Notes under the pieces: generated by a model
Databases searched by the model: none
Told to the model about the DNA's origin: nothing
Seen by the model: the letters and a program-made list of their open reading frames with translations, nothing else
Shown here: positions 29,090 to 39,188 of the stretch, one piece after another
How positions within the stretch are numbered: the first letter of the stretch is position 1
Layout: each line of letters starts with the position of its first letter
Translations under genes and position numbers: made by a program
From: a virus
Taxonomy: Duplodnaviria > Caudoviricetes
Virus record (IMG/VR): IMGVR_UViG_3300010413_000033
Location: 1 to 58,951 of that record
Length of the DNA stretch: 58,951 bases
Strand: one strand, 5' to 3'

Positions 29090-32000
29090 TGAGGACACTG
29101 AATGGGACACAACAAACTCTTGTAGATGCTGCCTACAAGGAGAAGTCTTGGCTGTTTACCGTAGTCACTGTAGGTGTTTCCACTTATAGGTGGTCGTTAA
29201 AAGCCAAGAGCTACGGAGGGCAGAGCTACACTGCGAAGATACAAGAGTTTAAAGGGATAACACTATCTGCCAACAAAAGTGAGTTTGGAATACAGGCACC
29301 TAATGACCTGAGCTTTGTAGTAGGCAATGCCGATGATGCCCTTACAGCATCCGACTTTGAAGGTGCCTCAGTCACTATCACTCCAGTTCTTGAAAGTGGA
29401 GGGACAGAGTCATCACTACCAGGGTGGAAGTTTGTAGTGAGGAAGTGCTGGGGGTACTACGGAAAGCTGTTCTTCATTTGTGAGGACTTCATTCAGCAAT
29501 ATCTGAAAGGAGAATATCCAAATACCAAACTGGTCAAAGAGCTTGCGCCATCTACACATAGTATAGAGGACAATCTTTGCGTTCCTGTAGTGTTTGCTAA
29601 TTCTACCTATAAAGCCTACATACCAATACGCCCTGTATACGTGACAGGTGATGCAAAAGCCTACTACGTTCTAGGACCATCCGGCCCTACCTACAACGTC
29701 TACGAATGCAAGTCTCCTAGAGCATGGCCTACACAATCTACTTGGATATCCACTACGGGTGGTGGTAGTTACACATTTACCCAGTCAACGAAAACGTTGG
29801 ATGGCGATTCAATGCGAGTCATTGAGCCTATCATAGCAGATGCAAATAAGGATGGGACGGTTGACTCAGCTGGCTTTTTCGAGAATGGGGATTTTCTACA
29901 CGACGTTCCGTTTAAATACTACACAAGCACCTCCGACTACACCTCCCCAGCTAATGTCATTTCACAGGTACTACAGGGATATGGTGTTGATAGTGGAGAT
30001 ATAGATACAGCTGGAAGTTTTGCAAGCGCAGCTACTACATATGCCTCATGGGGCTTAGTGTGGTATGGAGGATTTTTCTTTAAAGAGGACAGGAAGGTAC
30101 TACTGGCAAAGCTTCTTGCGATGTGCCATAGTGTGCTACGCATTACAGATAAGGTGGAGCTGCATCCACTATCTAAAACGTCACAGAAGACTTTCACCAA
30201 GGCACTACGTTTGAAAGCTACAGATGGCAGTCATGATGCAAGTGGTAGTAGTGATGGAACGTTCAGCTATGAGCCTCTGGATGATCCACTATATGATAGT
30301 GGATACATAGCACTACAAGAAGCAGGACAGCCACAAGATCAACTACTAAAAGCCCTTGTCTCTGCAAGGTCTACAGGTGAGACAGACTACATATCAAGTG
30401 AGGTAGTGGAATTCCCACTAGTAGCCGATACGCAGGACGCGCAAGCTCTTGGCACGTTGTACTTTCAGCGCAAATATAGACGTAGTGGCAGGATCTCTTT
30501 TTCAGAAGGTAGTAGTGCTATAGTGCTTGAACCGGATGACGTAGCCACTATTAACAATTCGCTTTACGGTGGAAGCACAGCGTTTTTTATTGAGGACATA
30601 AGGATAAATGAAGATTTCACCGTAGATATCACTGGCATAGTCCCAAAGGAAAGTCTGGTTGATTTTGGTGATCTCGCGCCATCAGCTATCACGTTCGGGA
30701 CAGACACTAGCAGCTCATTTTGGAAGTATGTAGTATGCGGTCCTGACACTACAGTAAGTAGTGGATCAAAGACAAACATGCTTCCAGACAGACTACGAAT
30801 AGGTAGTGGAGCAAACTACATACTTCTTGACAACACAGATCCATCCATAAAGCTCTATGAAGGGGCGCAGAAAAGAGTTGAGATAGGTGATATTGGGGCT
30901 TCTACCTATGGCATAGCTTTCTACACTCCTGGCGGAGCTACCTCCCTGATCATAGATGCTTCACATAACACTATTACAGAGATGGAATATGAGATCTACA
31001 CCTCTGGAATCATTCGCACTAATGCTAATGTAGCTGCCAGTGGTGGATGGTCCGTTGACAAGGACCACATGATAGCCTATACAAACGCTCCATTGAAAGT
31101 GTTTGAAGTAGTGTTCAGTGGTAGTGACTGGGGCGATTTCTACGTAGGTGATTATGCCAATGGAAATTCTGGATTGTTCTACGACCGTAGTGTGCCTGAG
31201 TTGTACTTTGCTGGGAATCTGACAGTAGATAGTTTTGCGCGTTTTCCAGAAGATAAGTTGATGGTGTTTTTCCTTGGAATGAATGAGGGCTATGGGATTT
31301 ATGTTCTGGACTCATCTTGTAGCAAATATAATTGTACATTTTACACAAGCTACTATCCAGCTTGGGCCGCTGCCTTTGGCATAGTGGGTGTGACAAGCCT
31401 GTGGTTCGATGGTGGAACTGCTAGTGACCTGATTTCTACAGACGACACTACTACTGCCAATCTTGAGCTTAACAATTCCTATTGGACCTTTTCCTTTTGG
31501 ATTAATCCGTATGCTAAGAGTGCTGGCACTACAACACAGGGCTGGTTTTTCCGTCGTGGAACAGGCTGGAACACAAATGGGAATATGATCCTGTATGATT
31601 ATACAAACGAAAGGCTTGTGTTTTACTCCCATAGTGCAAGTGTGAACAATGCTCATAGTATGGATGCCAATACATTCGACACTCTGGAGCTTTGGTATCA
31701 TGTAGCTATCACTTGCGACAAAAGCGATGTTATCTTTTATGTCAATGGTGAACAGGTCGGAGATCCAGTTCCTTTTGTAGCAGGAACTACTTGTAGTAGT
31801 GCTACGTTCATTGGTGGCAACAGTGGTGTTGCTGACACTGGTTTCCGTGGCTATCTGGATCAATTCAGAGTGTACCGTAGTGCTTCTAATAGTGCTGCTT
31901 GTCTTGGTGCTAATCAGGTAAAGGCCCTGTATCTCTACCCTGGCGGAAACGTAGGGGGCCGTATCACAGCCCATTCTGTAGTTGTTGGAGACAGCACAGA

Positions 32001-34104
32001 CTACTGGCGCACGAATAAATACGGCATGTTTGGAGTTGGTAGTAGTGAATCCTTGTTTGCATTCTCCATAGCTGATAGTGTTTCGTGGGACGGTGGAACG
32101 ATGGACAAGGGAGACATAGTGATAGGCCGCTACCTCTCAGACGGAGAGGGCCTGTTTTATGACCGTAGTGTCCCAAAGATGTACTATCGTGGCGATCTTG
32201 CTCTTGAGTCTGTTCCTGGCTTTCTACATAATCGCTATTGTTTTTTAGATGTAGACTTTGCTGAGCAAATTGGGAGTTTACTACACGATGGGAGCAAAAT
32301 ACGTGGAAATGGAACAATCACAGGCCCAGACTGGGTAGCATCTCCTGGCGGAATCATAGGTGGGACTCTTCAATTTATCTCAACAAATTCAGACTACGTT
32401 ACTTTTGGAACAGGAGATCATGGCTATTGGGATGTACTGGGTAGTGGCAACAGAGGAATGGGATGGTTGTTAAATATCTACATTTCTAGTGCACCATCTA
32501 CAGCACAAGTCCTTATGGCGAAAGGTGGCTACAACGTTTCGGGTTGGTACATAGTTGTTCAAGGGACAGACACAACACCTGGGGTGATCAGGCTGCAAGT
32601 AAACAAAAGTGGAAGTAGCACTAGTTGCCCTGCTACTACTGCTATAACCTACGGTGCTTGGAACCAAGTTATTTTCATTTATAACTTTGATGCGTCAGAC
32701 AATGGGACTGTGGACATTTATCTTAATGGTGAATACAACACAACTATTACAAGCGTTGTCACTATGGCGGATGCGTCTTCATACGCATTGGTATTGGGGA
32801 AACATAGTGCAGCCACTGCTTACTGCGATGCGTATTTTTGCGGTCCTCTCAAAATTTTTAATGGTCTTTCCACAGGGCAGTTCACTAAGGATCACGCAAA
32901 AGCATATTGGAAATATCCACAAGGGTCGAGAGGTGGGCAATTAACAGCAAGATCAGTAGTCGTAGGAAATCCTGTAAAGGACAGCACTCCAGGCATCAGG
33001 ATTGACGACACAGGGATCTGGACATACGGGGCAAGTGGAAATGAGCTTTTCGGCTTTTGCACTATTGCAAGTGGAACAGTTACATGGGAGGGCCTTTCTC
33101 TTTCGGCTGGGCATTTCACACTTGGCGACTACTCTGCAAGCAAAGGGCTATATTTCGATGGGTCAAGCTTCAACTTCAAGGGCAACATAGTAGCAGGGAC
33201 GATTTCATCTGGTCAGACATTGACCGTGAGCGGTGGTAGTGTCGTAGTCAATACGTCTGGATCGTTTGAGGTCACATCTGGAACAGCTGCCTTTGGTGGA
33301 ACTACGTTTGAAGTATCGGCAACTTCAGCCACAATCAATACAACTGCTGGCTTGATACTCAATACAGCTAACGGATTGATAATGAAGAATGGGGCGACCA
33401 CTCTTGCTACGTTGTACTACAGTGGGACATATGTATATCTACAGCCATCCAGTGCAACACAGCTATGGCTTGGATCTGGATCTAATAAGTACAGTTCTGT
33501 ATACATCTATACATCAGGCTTGACAGTGACAGCTGATAGTGCGGTTGATTTCACTGCTGGGACTGGCGCTATGGCTATCAGACAGACATACGTTGATATT
33601 AGCCTTAGTGGTACGTTGATCTACAATTTCTATGGAGCACAGTTTTATGCAATAGGAGCCGGAGCTGTAAATTTCGGGCAAAGCTCATCAAACTACTGGG
33701 CGTATTGCTACGGTGTCCGATGGTATGGCAAGGGTGGAGAGACAGGAGGGACATACCATGTATATCAGGCTGGCTACGATCACTACGATGATATTGGAAT
33801 TGTAGATAGCATGAGTACAGGGAGAGAGCCAATTTCACCATTCCATTTTCCAAAAGAAGTGACAAATCTGCCTGTACTACAACACGAATATGACCTGTCC
33901 GATGATGAGCTTGAGAGTGTGATATACGATGGAAATGTAGTTAAGAAAAACGGGCATCTGATAGACAAGCAATTCATTGCAGACAGGACGTTTTGGGATG
34001 GTATAAACCTTGCCCTGTTTGATCTTTGTGTATCAAAGGCAATATATCAAGAGGTGAAAGAGCTAAGGTCAAGGGTGTCAGAATTGGAAAGGAGGTTACA
34101 GTAG
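29089..34104 (+). CDS. Tail tip/central fibre protein with two LamG-like domains
   Basis: Hub-like N-terminus. LamG motifs WTFSFWI, WYHVAIT..FYVNGE, FRGYLDQFRVY and WNQVIF..IYLNGE. Confidence 0.8.
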   Translation: MRTLNGTQQTLVDAAYKEKSWLFTVVTVGVSTYRWSLKAKSYGGQSYTAKIQEFKGITLSANKSEFGIQAPNDLSFVVGNADDALTASDFEGASVTITPVLESGGTESSLPGWKFVVRKCWGYYGKLFFICEDFIQQYLKGEYPNTKLVKELAPSTHSIEDNLCVPVVFANSTYKAYIPIRPVYVTGDAKAYYVLGPSGPTYNVYECKSPRAWPTQSTWISTTGGGSYTFTQSTKTLDGDSMRVIEPIIADANKDGTVDSAGFFENGDFLHDVPFKYYTSTSDYTSPANVISQVLQGYGVDSGDIDTAGSFASAATTYASWGLVWYGGFFFKEDRKVLLAKLLAMCHSVLRITDKVELHPLSKTSQKTFTKALRLKATDGSHDASGSSDGTFSYEPLDDPLYDSGYIALQEAGQPQDQLLKALVSARSTGETDYISSEVVEFPLVADTQDAQALGTLYFQRKYRRSGRISFSEGSSAIVLEPDDVATINNSLYGGSTAFFIEDIRINEDFTVDITGIVPKESLVDFGDLAPSAITFGTDTSSSFWKYVVCGPDTTVSSGSKTNMLPDRLRIGSGANYILLDNTDPSIKLYEGAQKRVEIGDIGASTYGIAFYTPGGATSLIIDASHNTITEMEYEIYTSGIIRTNANVAASGGWSVDKDHMIAYTNAPLKVFEVVFSGSDWGDFYVGDYANGNSGLFYDRSVPELYFAGNLTVDSFARFPEDKLMVFFLGMNEGYGIYVLDSSCSKYNCTFYTSYYPAWAAAFGIVGVTSLWFDGGTASDLISTDDTTTANLELNNSYWTFSFWINPYAKSAGTTTQGWFFRRGTGWNTNGNMILYDYTNERLVFYSHSASVNNAHSMDANTFDTLELWYHVAITCDKSDVIFYVNGEQVGDPVPFVAGTTCSSATFIGGNSGVADTGFRGYLDQFRVYRSASNSAACLGANQVKALYLYPGGNVGGRITAHSVVVGDSTDYWRTNKYGMFGVGSSESLFAFSIADSVSWDGGTMDKGDIVIGRYLSDGEGLFYDRSVPKMYYRGDLALESVPGFLHNRYCFLDVDFAEQIGSLLHDGSKIRGNGTITGPDWVASPGGIIGGTLQFISTNSDYVTFGTGDHGYWDVLGSGNRGMGWLLNIYISSAPSTAQVLMAKGGYNVSGWYIVVQGTDTTPGVIRLQVNKSGSSTSCPATTAITYGAWNQVIFIYNFDASDNGTVDIYLNGEYNTTITSVVTMADASSYALVLGKHSAATAYCDAYFCGPLKIFNGLSTGQFTKDHAKAYWKYPQGSRGGQLTARSVVVGNPVKDSTPGIRIDDTGIWTYGASGNELFGFCTIASGTVTWEGLSLSAGHFTLGDYSASKGLYFDGSSFNFKGNIVAGTISSGQTLTVSGGSVVVNTSGSFEVTSGTAAFGGTTFEVSATSATINTTAGLILNTANGLIMKNGATTLATLYYSGTYVYLQPSSATQLWLGSGSNKYSSVYIYTSGLTVTADSAVDFTAGTGAMAIRQTYVDISLSGTLIYNFYGAQFYAIGAGAVNFGQSSSNYWAYCYGVRWYGKGGETGGTYHVYQAGYDHYDDIGIVDSMSTGREPISPFHFPKEVTNLPVLQHEYDLSDDELESVIYDGNVVKKNGHLIDKQFIADRTFWDGINLALFDLCVSKAIYQEVKELRSRVSELERRLQ

Positions 34105-34421
34105 TGGACAACATATTGACACAACGGTATCTGGATATAAAGGACTTGCCAACTACTATCATTGAGATACTGGACGCGAGCCACACAGACAGCAACTACG
34201 CAAAGGCAAAAGTATACTACTCCAAATGGGACGAAGCACTTGGGACTGAGACAACGGAAACCATTGAGCTTACAAAGCAAGCGGTACTACACTACAGGCA
34301 GCAACTACTGGATGAGAAAGATCGGCTGACGTTGTTGTTTAACAATCTGACGGCTTTTGCCGCTGACGCGCAAGTAGCAATTGACCAGTGGCTTATTGAC
34401 AATCCGCCAGAGGAGCCGTAG
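34104..34421 (+). CDS. Hypothetical protein (possible fibre chaperone)
   Basis: GGAGG SD; GTG start overlapping the upstream TAG. Confidence 0.55.
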   Translation: MDNILTQRYLDIKDLPTTIIEILDASHTDSNYAKAKVYYSKWDEALGTETTETIELTKQAVLHYRQQLLDEKDRLTLLFNNLTAFAADAQVAIDQWLIDNPPEEP

Positions 34422-34423
34422 TC

Positions 34424-34792
34424 ATGGACAGAGCAAAGATCCTGCAAGTCATCCTTGGCCTTTGCGCCTTTGCTGGCGTAGCCTTTGGTGCTACAAAATA
34501 TCTGGCTACGGCTGAGCAGCTGGCAAGCACAAGGGAGACTTTGATAAAGGAGATACAGGCCAACAAGGAATATCTGCAACTCGTAGATGTGCGTCTGGGG
34601 TTGAAAATAAACTCCGACAAGATCTACGACATACAAAAACGCATAGACAGGCTGGAGGACAAGAACGGAGGGCCTGACTGTAGTAGATGGACGGACATGG
34701 GAGACAGGGAGAGGTATCGTAGTTTGAAGGCCACATTGAAGGAACTGGAAGAGGAACGGCAACTACTTTTCAAGAAGCACAAAGGACGTTAA
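34424..34792 (+). CDS. Membrane-anchored coiled-coil protein
   Basis: N-terminal hydrophobic helix followed by a coiled coil. Confidence 0.65.
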   Translation: MDRAKILQVILGLCAFAGVAFGATKYLATAEQLASTRETLIKEIQANKEYLQLVDVRLGLKINSDKIYDIQKRIDRLEDKNGGPDCSRWTDMGDRERYRSLKATLKELEEERQLLFKKHKGR

Positions 34793-34812
34793 TCAAAGGA
34801 GGGAGTGTAGTT

Positions 34813-35298
34813 ATGTCAAAGAGTAGTGATCAGGAGGAGAGGAAGGAGCAATTGCAGAAGGAGCAGGAGCAAATCATAAAGATAACTTGGAGAAAGCTGG
34901 TAGAGATTTTCAGCACTGGAAAGCTTGATGCATTGGAGAAAAAACCACTACCACGGACGATCTCAATTTGGCTGGGCCGCGTAGTTGATAAGTTTGAAGA
35001 TGAAGTTAGGACATACAGAAAGGAGCACAAGAAGCTCATAGAGGAGTTTTCAGAGAGAGACAAAGATGGGAATATGGTAGTGAAGATTGACTATGGTGAT
35101 GGCAAGAAAGAATACAAAACGCAAAAGGGCAGAGAAGAGGAGAGAGATCAAGCATTGGATAGCTTGCTAGACACTGAGATCGATATTCATATTTACAGGA
35201 AAAAAATTAAGTTGTCAGAATTGCCGGAGACCATGTCAGCGTCTGAAGCTAGAACACTACTAACCATAGCTGATCTGGTGGACGACTCCACTGAATAA
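34813..35298 (+). CDS. Hypothetical tail-associated helical protein
   Basis: Strong SD; KKLIEEFSERDKDGN...LLDTEIDI pattern resembles small post-tail phage proteins. Confidence 0.65.
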   Translation: MSKSSDQEERKEQLQKEQEQIIKITWRKLVEIFSTGKLDALEKKPLPRTISIWLGRVVDKFEDEVRTYRKEHKKLIEEFSERDKDGNMVVKIDYGDGKKEYKTQKGREEERDQALDSLLDTEIDIHIYRKKIKLSELPETMSASEARTLLTIADLVDDSTE

Positions 35299-35302
35299 GG
35301 AG

Positions 35303-35515
35303 GTGGTGCCGTATGGGGATTTGAAAAGTAAAATAGAGTTGGCTGAGAAGATGAAATTCTACTACTTAAAACAATATCAGAAATGGTCTAAGCTACTACG
35401 CAAATATAAACTGCAAGAACTGGAGGAGGTAGGCAATGGAACAGTTTCCAGTAACTCTGGACATGTACACGACAGTAGTCGGGTTTTTCCTTCCGATGAT
35501 CATTGCAATAATTAA
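35303..35515 (+). CDS. Small hypothetical protein
   Basis: AAGGAGG SD, but overlaps the holin gene by ~80 nt. Confidence 0.35.
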   Translation: MVPYGDLKSKIELAEKMKFYYLKQYQKWSKLLRKYKLQELEEVGNGTVSSNSGHVHDSSRVFPSDDHCNN

Positions 35516-35729
35516 CAAGGCCACCTGGGGACAAAGGCTGAAATATGGCATTAGCTTTGCCGTTGTTTGCCTGGCTGCGGCTTTTCATCTTGTATTCATG
35601 GGCCAGTTCGATCTGCTTGACATTCCAGTCACAATACTGAAAATCTTGACGCTGACAATTGGGTCTTATTTGGTATTCTGGAGGCCCAGTGGAATTTCGG
35701 ACAAGATTGAGAACAACATAAACAAGTAG
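35436..35729 (+). CDS. Putative holin
   Basis: 97 aa with three hydrophobic segments and a charged C-terminus; near the endolysin; GGAGG SD. Confidence 0.7.
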   Translation: MEQFPVTLDMYTTVVGFFLPMIIAIINKATWGQRLKYGISFAVVCLAAAFHLVFMGQFDLLDIPVTILKILTLTIGSYLVFWRPSGISDKIENNINK

Positions 35730-35765
35730 TGCTGATATTGTAGTAGTAGTGGAGGTGGCTGATAC

Positions 35766-36494
35766 GTGGAAAAAACAACTACTCCTGGCGTCTGTGACTA
35801 CCATCTTGCAAATGAGCAATGCATTAAGGGGCTAAGCAATAAGATAAATGATCATAAAAGTGAAATAAGATCCCTTGCTGCTACTGTAGCTAATGTGGAG
35901 AAGGAACTCCACAAAAGGATGGATGATATGGAGCGTAGTTATTCTACATCTTTAGCCTCTACTACTAAGGATGTAACTAATGACATTAGAATGGCTGCTG
36001 TGGAATTGTCTGATGTAGTGTCAAAGTTCAAAGACGAGTTTGGTGGTAAAATAAACGGCACGAGCAAGCACTACGAAGAGGAACTGCGTAGGCACAGAAA
36101 AGAATTGACAACCGATTTAAAAGAATATAAGACAGAGACCGATAAAGAGATAAAGAGAAAAGTTCCAATTTGGATGTTCATTCCATTGCTGCTATTCATA
36201 CTTGGTGGCATAAGTGGCTTGTACTACTGGCAGTATGACAATGTGAAAGATAGAAATGCGTGGCAAGAATGTCTTGCAAAGGAACTACGGGCAAACATGG
36301 CTCAGCTGAATGACTCCGTATCTGCTATCTCTGGAGTGATGGCAGGGATTGCCAAAGATAGTGAACATAATAGAGAAGAGATAAGAAAGAATGATCAAAG
36401 CATACGTGAGCTTAAAAAGGAAATGAGGGACGATTTACATCGCTTGCAGTCCTCTTATGAACGAGAACACTACAAAGGATTTGGGGATAAATGA
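35766..36494 (+). CDS. Coiled-coil single-pass membrane protein
   Basis: One hydrophobic helix (IWMFIPLLLFILGGISGLYYW) flanked by coiled coils. Confidence 0.65.
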   Translation: MEKTTTPGVCDYHLANEQCIKGLSNKINDHKSEIRSLAATVANVEKELHKRMDDMERSYSTSLASTTKDVTNDIRMAAVELSDVVSKFKDEFGGKINGTSKHYEEELRRHRKELTTDLKEYKTETDKEIKRKVPIWMFIPLLLFILGGISGLYYWQYDNVKDRNAWQECLAKELRANMAQLNDSVSAISGVMAGIAKDSEHNREEIRKNDQSIRELKKEMRDDLHRLQSSYEREHYKGFGDK

Positions 36495-37156
36495 CTATGG
36501 AGTGTCTGGATTTGGAGCAGAGAAAAAAAGAGCTTGACTATTTGATAAATCATCCTATAAGGAATAACCTTGTAATAGTTCGCAGGATGATTGAAGGGAT
36601 AGAGCAATGCTGTTCGATCATGAAAGCAGGAATTTCTAACTACGAAGATCTAGGTGGTAGTGATGTTCCGCGCTGTCCCTACGTTCTAGAATGTAGTTCT
36701 ATGCCTTTGCCTAAAAGAGATGTGGCAGCACTATCTATAGTAATGGATCTGGCATGGACGATGCTGCACAGGCCCTACATTTGGGGTGGAGATGACCCTA
36801 TCAAAGGATTTGATTGTAGTGGTATGCAGATTGAACTACTTAAATCAGTCGGAATCCTGCCAAGGGAAGGAGATTGGACAGCTCAGGGCCTTTGGAACTA
36901 CTTCCAGAATAAGGTAGTGAAATTTCCTGATCGTGGTTGTTTGGTATTTTGGGGAAATAGTAGTGATAGTGTAGTGCACATAGAACTATGTTGGAATTCT
37001 AAGTTATGCATAGGTGCAAGCGGTGGAGGAAGCAAAACAAAAACTGTAGAAGATGCGATTGCTCAAAATGCTTATGTGAAGCTACGACCTATATCAAGTC
37101 GTAGTGGTGTAGTTGGGTACGTAGATCCTTTTATGCTCACAGAAGGAGGTGAGTAG
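36491..37156 (+). CDS. NlpC/P60 peptidase, putative endolysin
   Basis: RPYIWGGD...GFDCSG catalytic Cys, G.LVFW and VVHIE catalytic His. Confidence 0.88.
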   Translation: MTMECLDLEQRKKELDYLINHPIRNNLVIVRRMIEGIEQCCSIMKAGISNYEDLGGSDVPRCPYVLECSSMPLPKRDVAALSIVMDLAWTMLHRPYIWGGDDPIKGFDCSGMQIELLKSVGILPREGDWTAQGLWNYFQNKVVKFPDRGCLVFWGNSSDSVVHIELCWNSKLCIGASGGGSKTKTVEDAIAQNAYVKLRPISSRSGVVGYVDPFMLTEGGE

Positions 37157-37583
37157 CACGATGCAATTCGATGAAATGGATAAATTGAAGATTCACTATG
37201 TTAGGATATGGTGGGGCTGCCTGTTCTTTGTTGTTGCCGTAGTGGTTGTAGCACTACTAACACAGTGTGGTACGGTAAACGTAGGGGTGCAGTCGCCCAT
37301 GTCAATGTCTCCACAGGAGAGGTTGGCAACTGCAAAACGATTGTGGACATCGCAGGAACTGGACACCAAGGCGGCTGCGGAACGGGCGAAGGCTGGCACT
37401 ATCACTGAGGCAGAGGCTTCCTACTACATAGCCAAGGGCAAGCGTCTCAAAGAGATAGCCACTATGATCGACATATACGATGGCTACGTGAAGGGGCTTC
37501 CGCCTACGCCTGGGACTGACTACATATCGGCGGAGCGTATTATAATCCGATTCATTCAGGAGGCACAGAGCTATGCCAAATAA
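37149..37583 (+). CDS. Putative lipoprotein (lysis cassette, possibly spanin-related)
   Basis: Hydrophobic stretch ending in lipobox-like LLTQC; follows the endolysin. Confidence 0.55.
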   Translation: MSSTMQFDEMDKLKIHYVRIWWGCLFFVVAVVVVALLTQCGTVNVGVQSPMSMSPQERLATAKRLWTSQELDTKAAAERAKAGTITEAEASYYIAKGKRLKEIATMIDIYDGYVKGLPPTPGTDYISAERIIIRFIQEAQSYAK

Positions 37584-37794
37584 TCCCAAATTCGATCAGG
37601 CCCTTTTCGTAGGGCAGCTTGCTCAGTTCCTTCTGTCGCTGGCTATCATGGCAGTAGAGAAGCAGGGACTTGATACACAGGAAAAAAGACTTGCATGGTT
37701 CAAGGAGCAGGACGACAACTACGTAAAGGCCAGAATTGATCTGGAGGACTCGCTGGATGTTTTGCAGCATTTTCTTGACCAGATGAAAACATAG
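37573..37794 (+). CDS. Small hypothetical protein
   Basis: GGAGG SD; overlaps the upstream gene. Confidence 0.55.
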   Translation: MPNNPKFDQALFVGQLAQFLLSLAIMAVEKQGLDTQEKRLAWFKEQDDNYVKARIDLEDSLDVLQHFLDQMKT

Positions 37795-37844
37795 ACAAGG
37801 AGGAAATTCGACACGTTTAATCCTTTAATGTAGTGGAGGGTACT

Positions 37845-38036
37845 ATGTCAAAAAAAATGATAGTGATTTTTGATGATGAGATGCCACAGGAGGATCTCGA
37901 CGCTTTGGTAAGCGCAGCCTTGAAGGTGCCGCATGTAAAGGAAGTGTCCTTGTTGAAGACCGATGAGGATGAAAAGCGCTACGCTATGAGGACATTGATT
38001 GAAGGGCTTTTCGGATCAAGGCTTACTCTGAGGTGA
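37845..38036 (+). CDS. Small hypothetical protein
   Basis: GGAGG SD before ATG 37845. Confidence 0.55.
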   Translation: MSKKMIVIFDDEMPQEDLDALVSAALKVPHVKEVSLLKTDEDEKRYAMRTLIEGLFGSRLTLR

Positions 38037-38614
38037 TAGTAACTATGAAAAAGCGCCTACACAGGGGAAATTACGTGAGCAGGGTTTTCCTCCTCCTTTC
38101 CCTTGCTTGCCTCCTTCCGTTTTCCCTGTGTAGGTTTTCTATGGCCTCTGACATTAACGATTTGCTGAATGTTCTTAATCGTATTTCAGCCATTCAAACT
38201 ACTAAGGGTAAAATAGTTGTAGTGAATTATGAAATCTCTAGACTACGTTATCCTATATCCTTCACTGTTAAGGGGCAACTACCGAAAGGTAGTGTCGATT
38301 TGTTTGCTTTCTTCACGGCAAAAGATGGTAGTGCTTGGATGTCTCAGCCATGCACTGATAATCCATTTAAGAGGAGAGATCTGTGGACTGTTGGATTTTT
38401 CAAGTTTATGGAGAAGGATAGACTTGTAGCCTATGATAGTATGAACAACACAGCTGCCACACTTATTTTTAATGCTTACGAAAGGTGCAAGATAACGATA
38501 GAAGAGTTGACTACACATCAGATCACCACGCTGCTTTTCGGATGCGCTCCAAGTGGTGAGGTGCAAAAGTTGGATCTATCCAATGCACATATTGTGAATG
38601 TAGTTTTAAAGTGA
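38033..38614 (+). CDS. Hypothetical protein (start uncertain)
   Basis: 193-aa ORF whose 5' part overlaps a long RNA hairpin. Confidence 0.5.
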   Translation: MIVTMKKRLHRGNYVSRVFLLLSLACLLPFSLCRFSMASDINDLLNVLNRISAIQTTKGKIVVVNYEISRLRYPISFTVKGQLPKGSVDLFAFFTAKDGSAWMSQPCTDNPFKRRDLWTVGFFKFMEKDRLVAYDSMNNTAATLIFNAYERCKITIEELTTHQITTLLFGCAPSGEVQKLDLSNAHIVNVVLK

Positions 38615-38617
38615 GTA

Positions 38618-39148
38618 GTGATTGTGGCAAGACAGAGAACAAGGGAATATGAGCTTTTCGAAATATTGAAAGAGCGTTTTGCCTCTGAGCAGAGATTCAA
38701 TATGGATGACGTAGTCGCAAGTTCTGATGCGACTACTAGTAGAGCAACACTACGTGTTCTAGTAAAGCGGCTAACAGATAGTAAAGCGCTTGTCAGGATG
38801 CATAAAAATTGCTACATCATAGGCAAAACTCCAAAGCGCAAATATGTAAAAGTAGGAGGGCCATCTAGAAGACAAAAGGGGAATGGCACAGACCAGAAAA
38901 AGATAGTGACTACTGAGGAGATAATAAAAAGCGATGGCTTCCGGCACTTGTTTGAAGGTCACTACGATGTCTACGACCGTCTGGTAGAAGAGGCAAAGCT
39001 GGAGTTTCGTACTCCACTTGAGCAACTACGCTACTTTGTCTGGAAAGGATGCTGGGAGAGGAAACAGGTAAGGGATTTCAAGTTGAAGCAATACGTAGAG
39101 GACAAAAACGCCCATGAAGAGAGTAAAGCAAAGGCCACTACGCAGTAG
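38618..39148 (+). CDS. Putative DNA-binding protein (winged-helix-like N-terminus)
   Basis: SRATLRVLVKRLTDSKALVRMHKNCY fits a wHTH pattern; C-terminal AKLEFRTPLEQLRY. Confidence 0.5.
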   Translation: MIVARQRTREYELFEILKERFASEQRFNMDDVVASSDATTSRATLRVLVKRLTDSKALVRMHKNCYIIGKTPKRKYVKVGGPSRRQKGNGTDQKKIVTTEEIIKSDGFRHLFEGHYDVYDRLVEEAKLEFRTPLEQLRYFVWKGCWERKQVRDFKLKQYVEDKNAHEESKAKATTQ

Positions 39149-39188
39149 TGTTTTTATTAACCTTTAACGTGTGTGCGGAGGTATTGCT

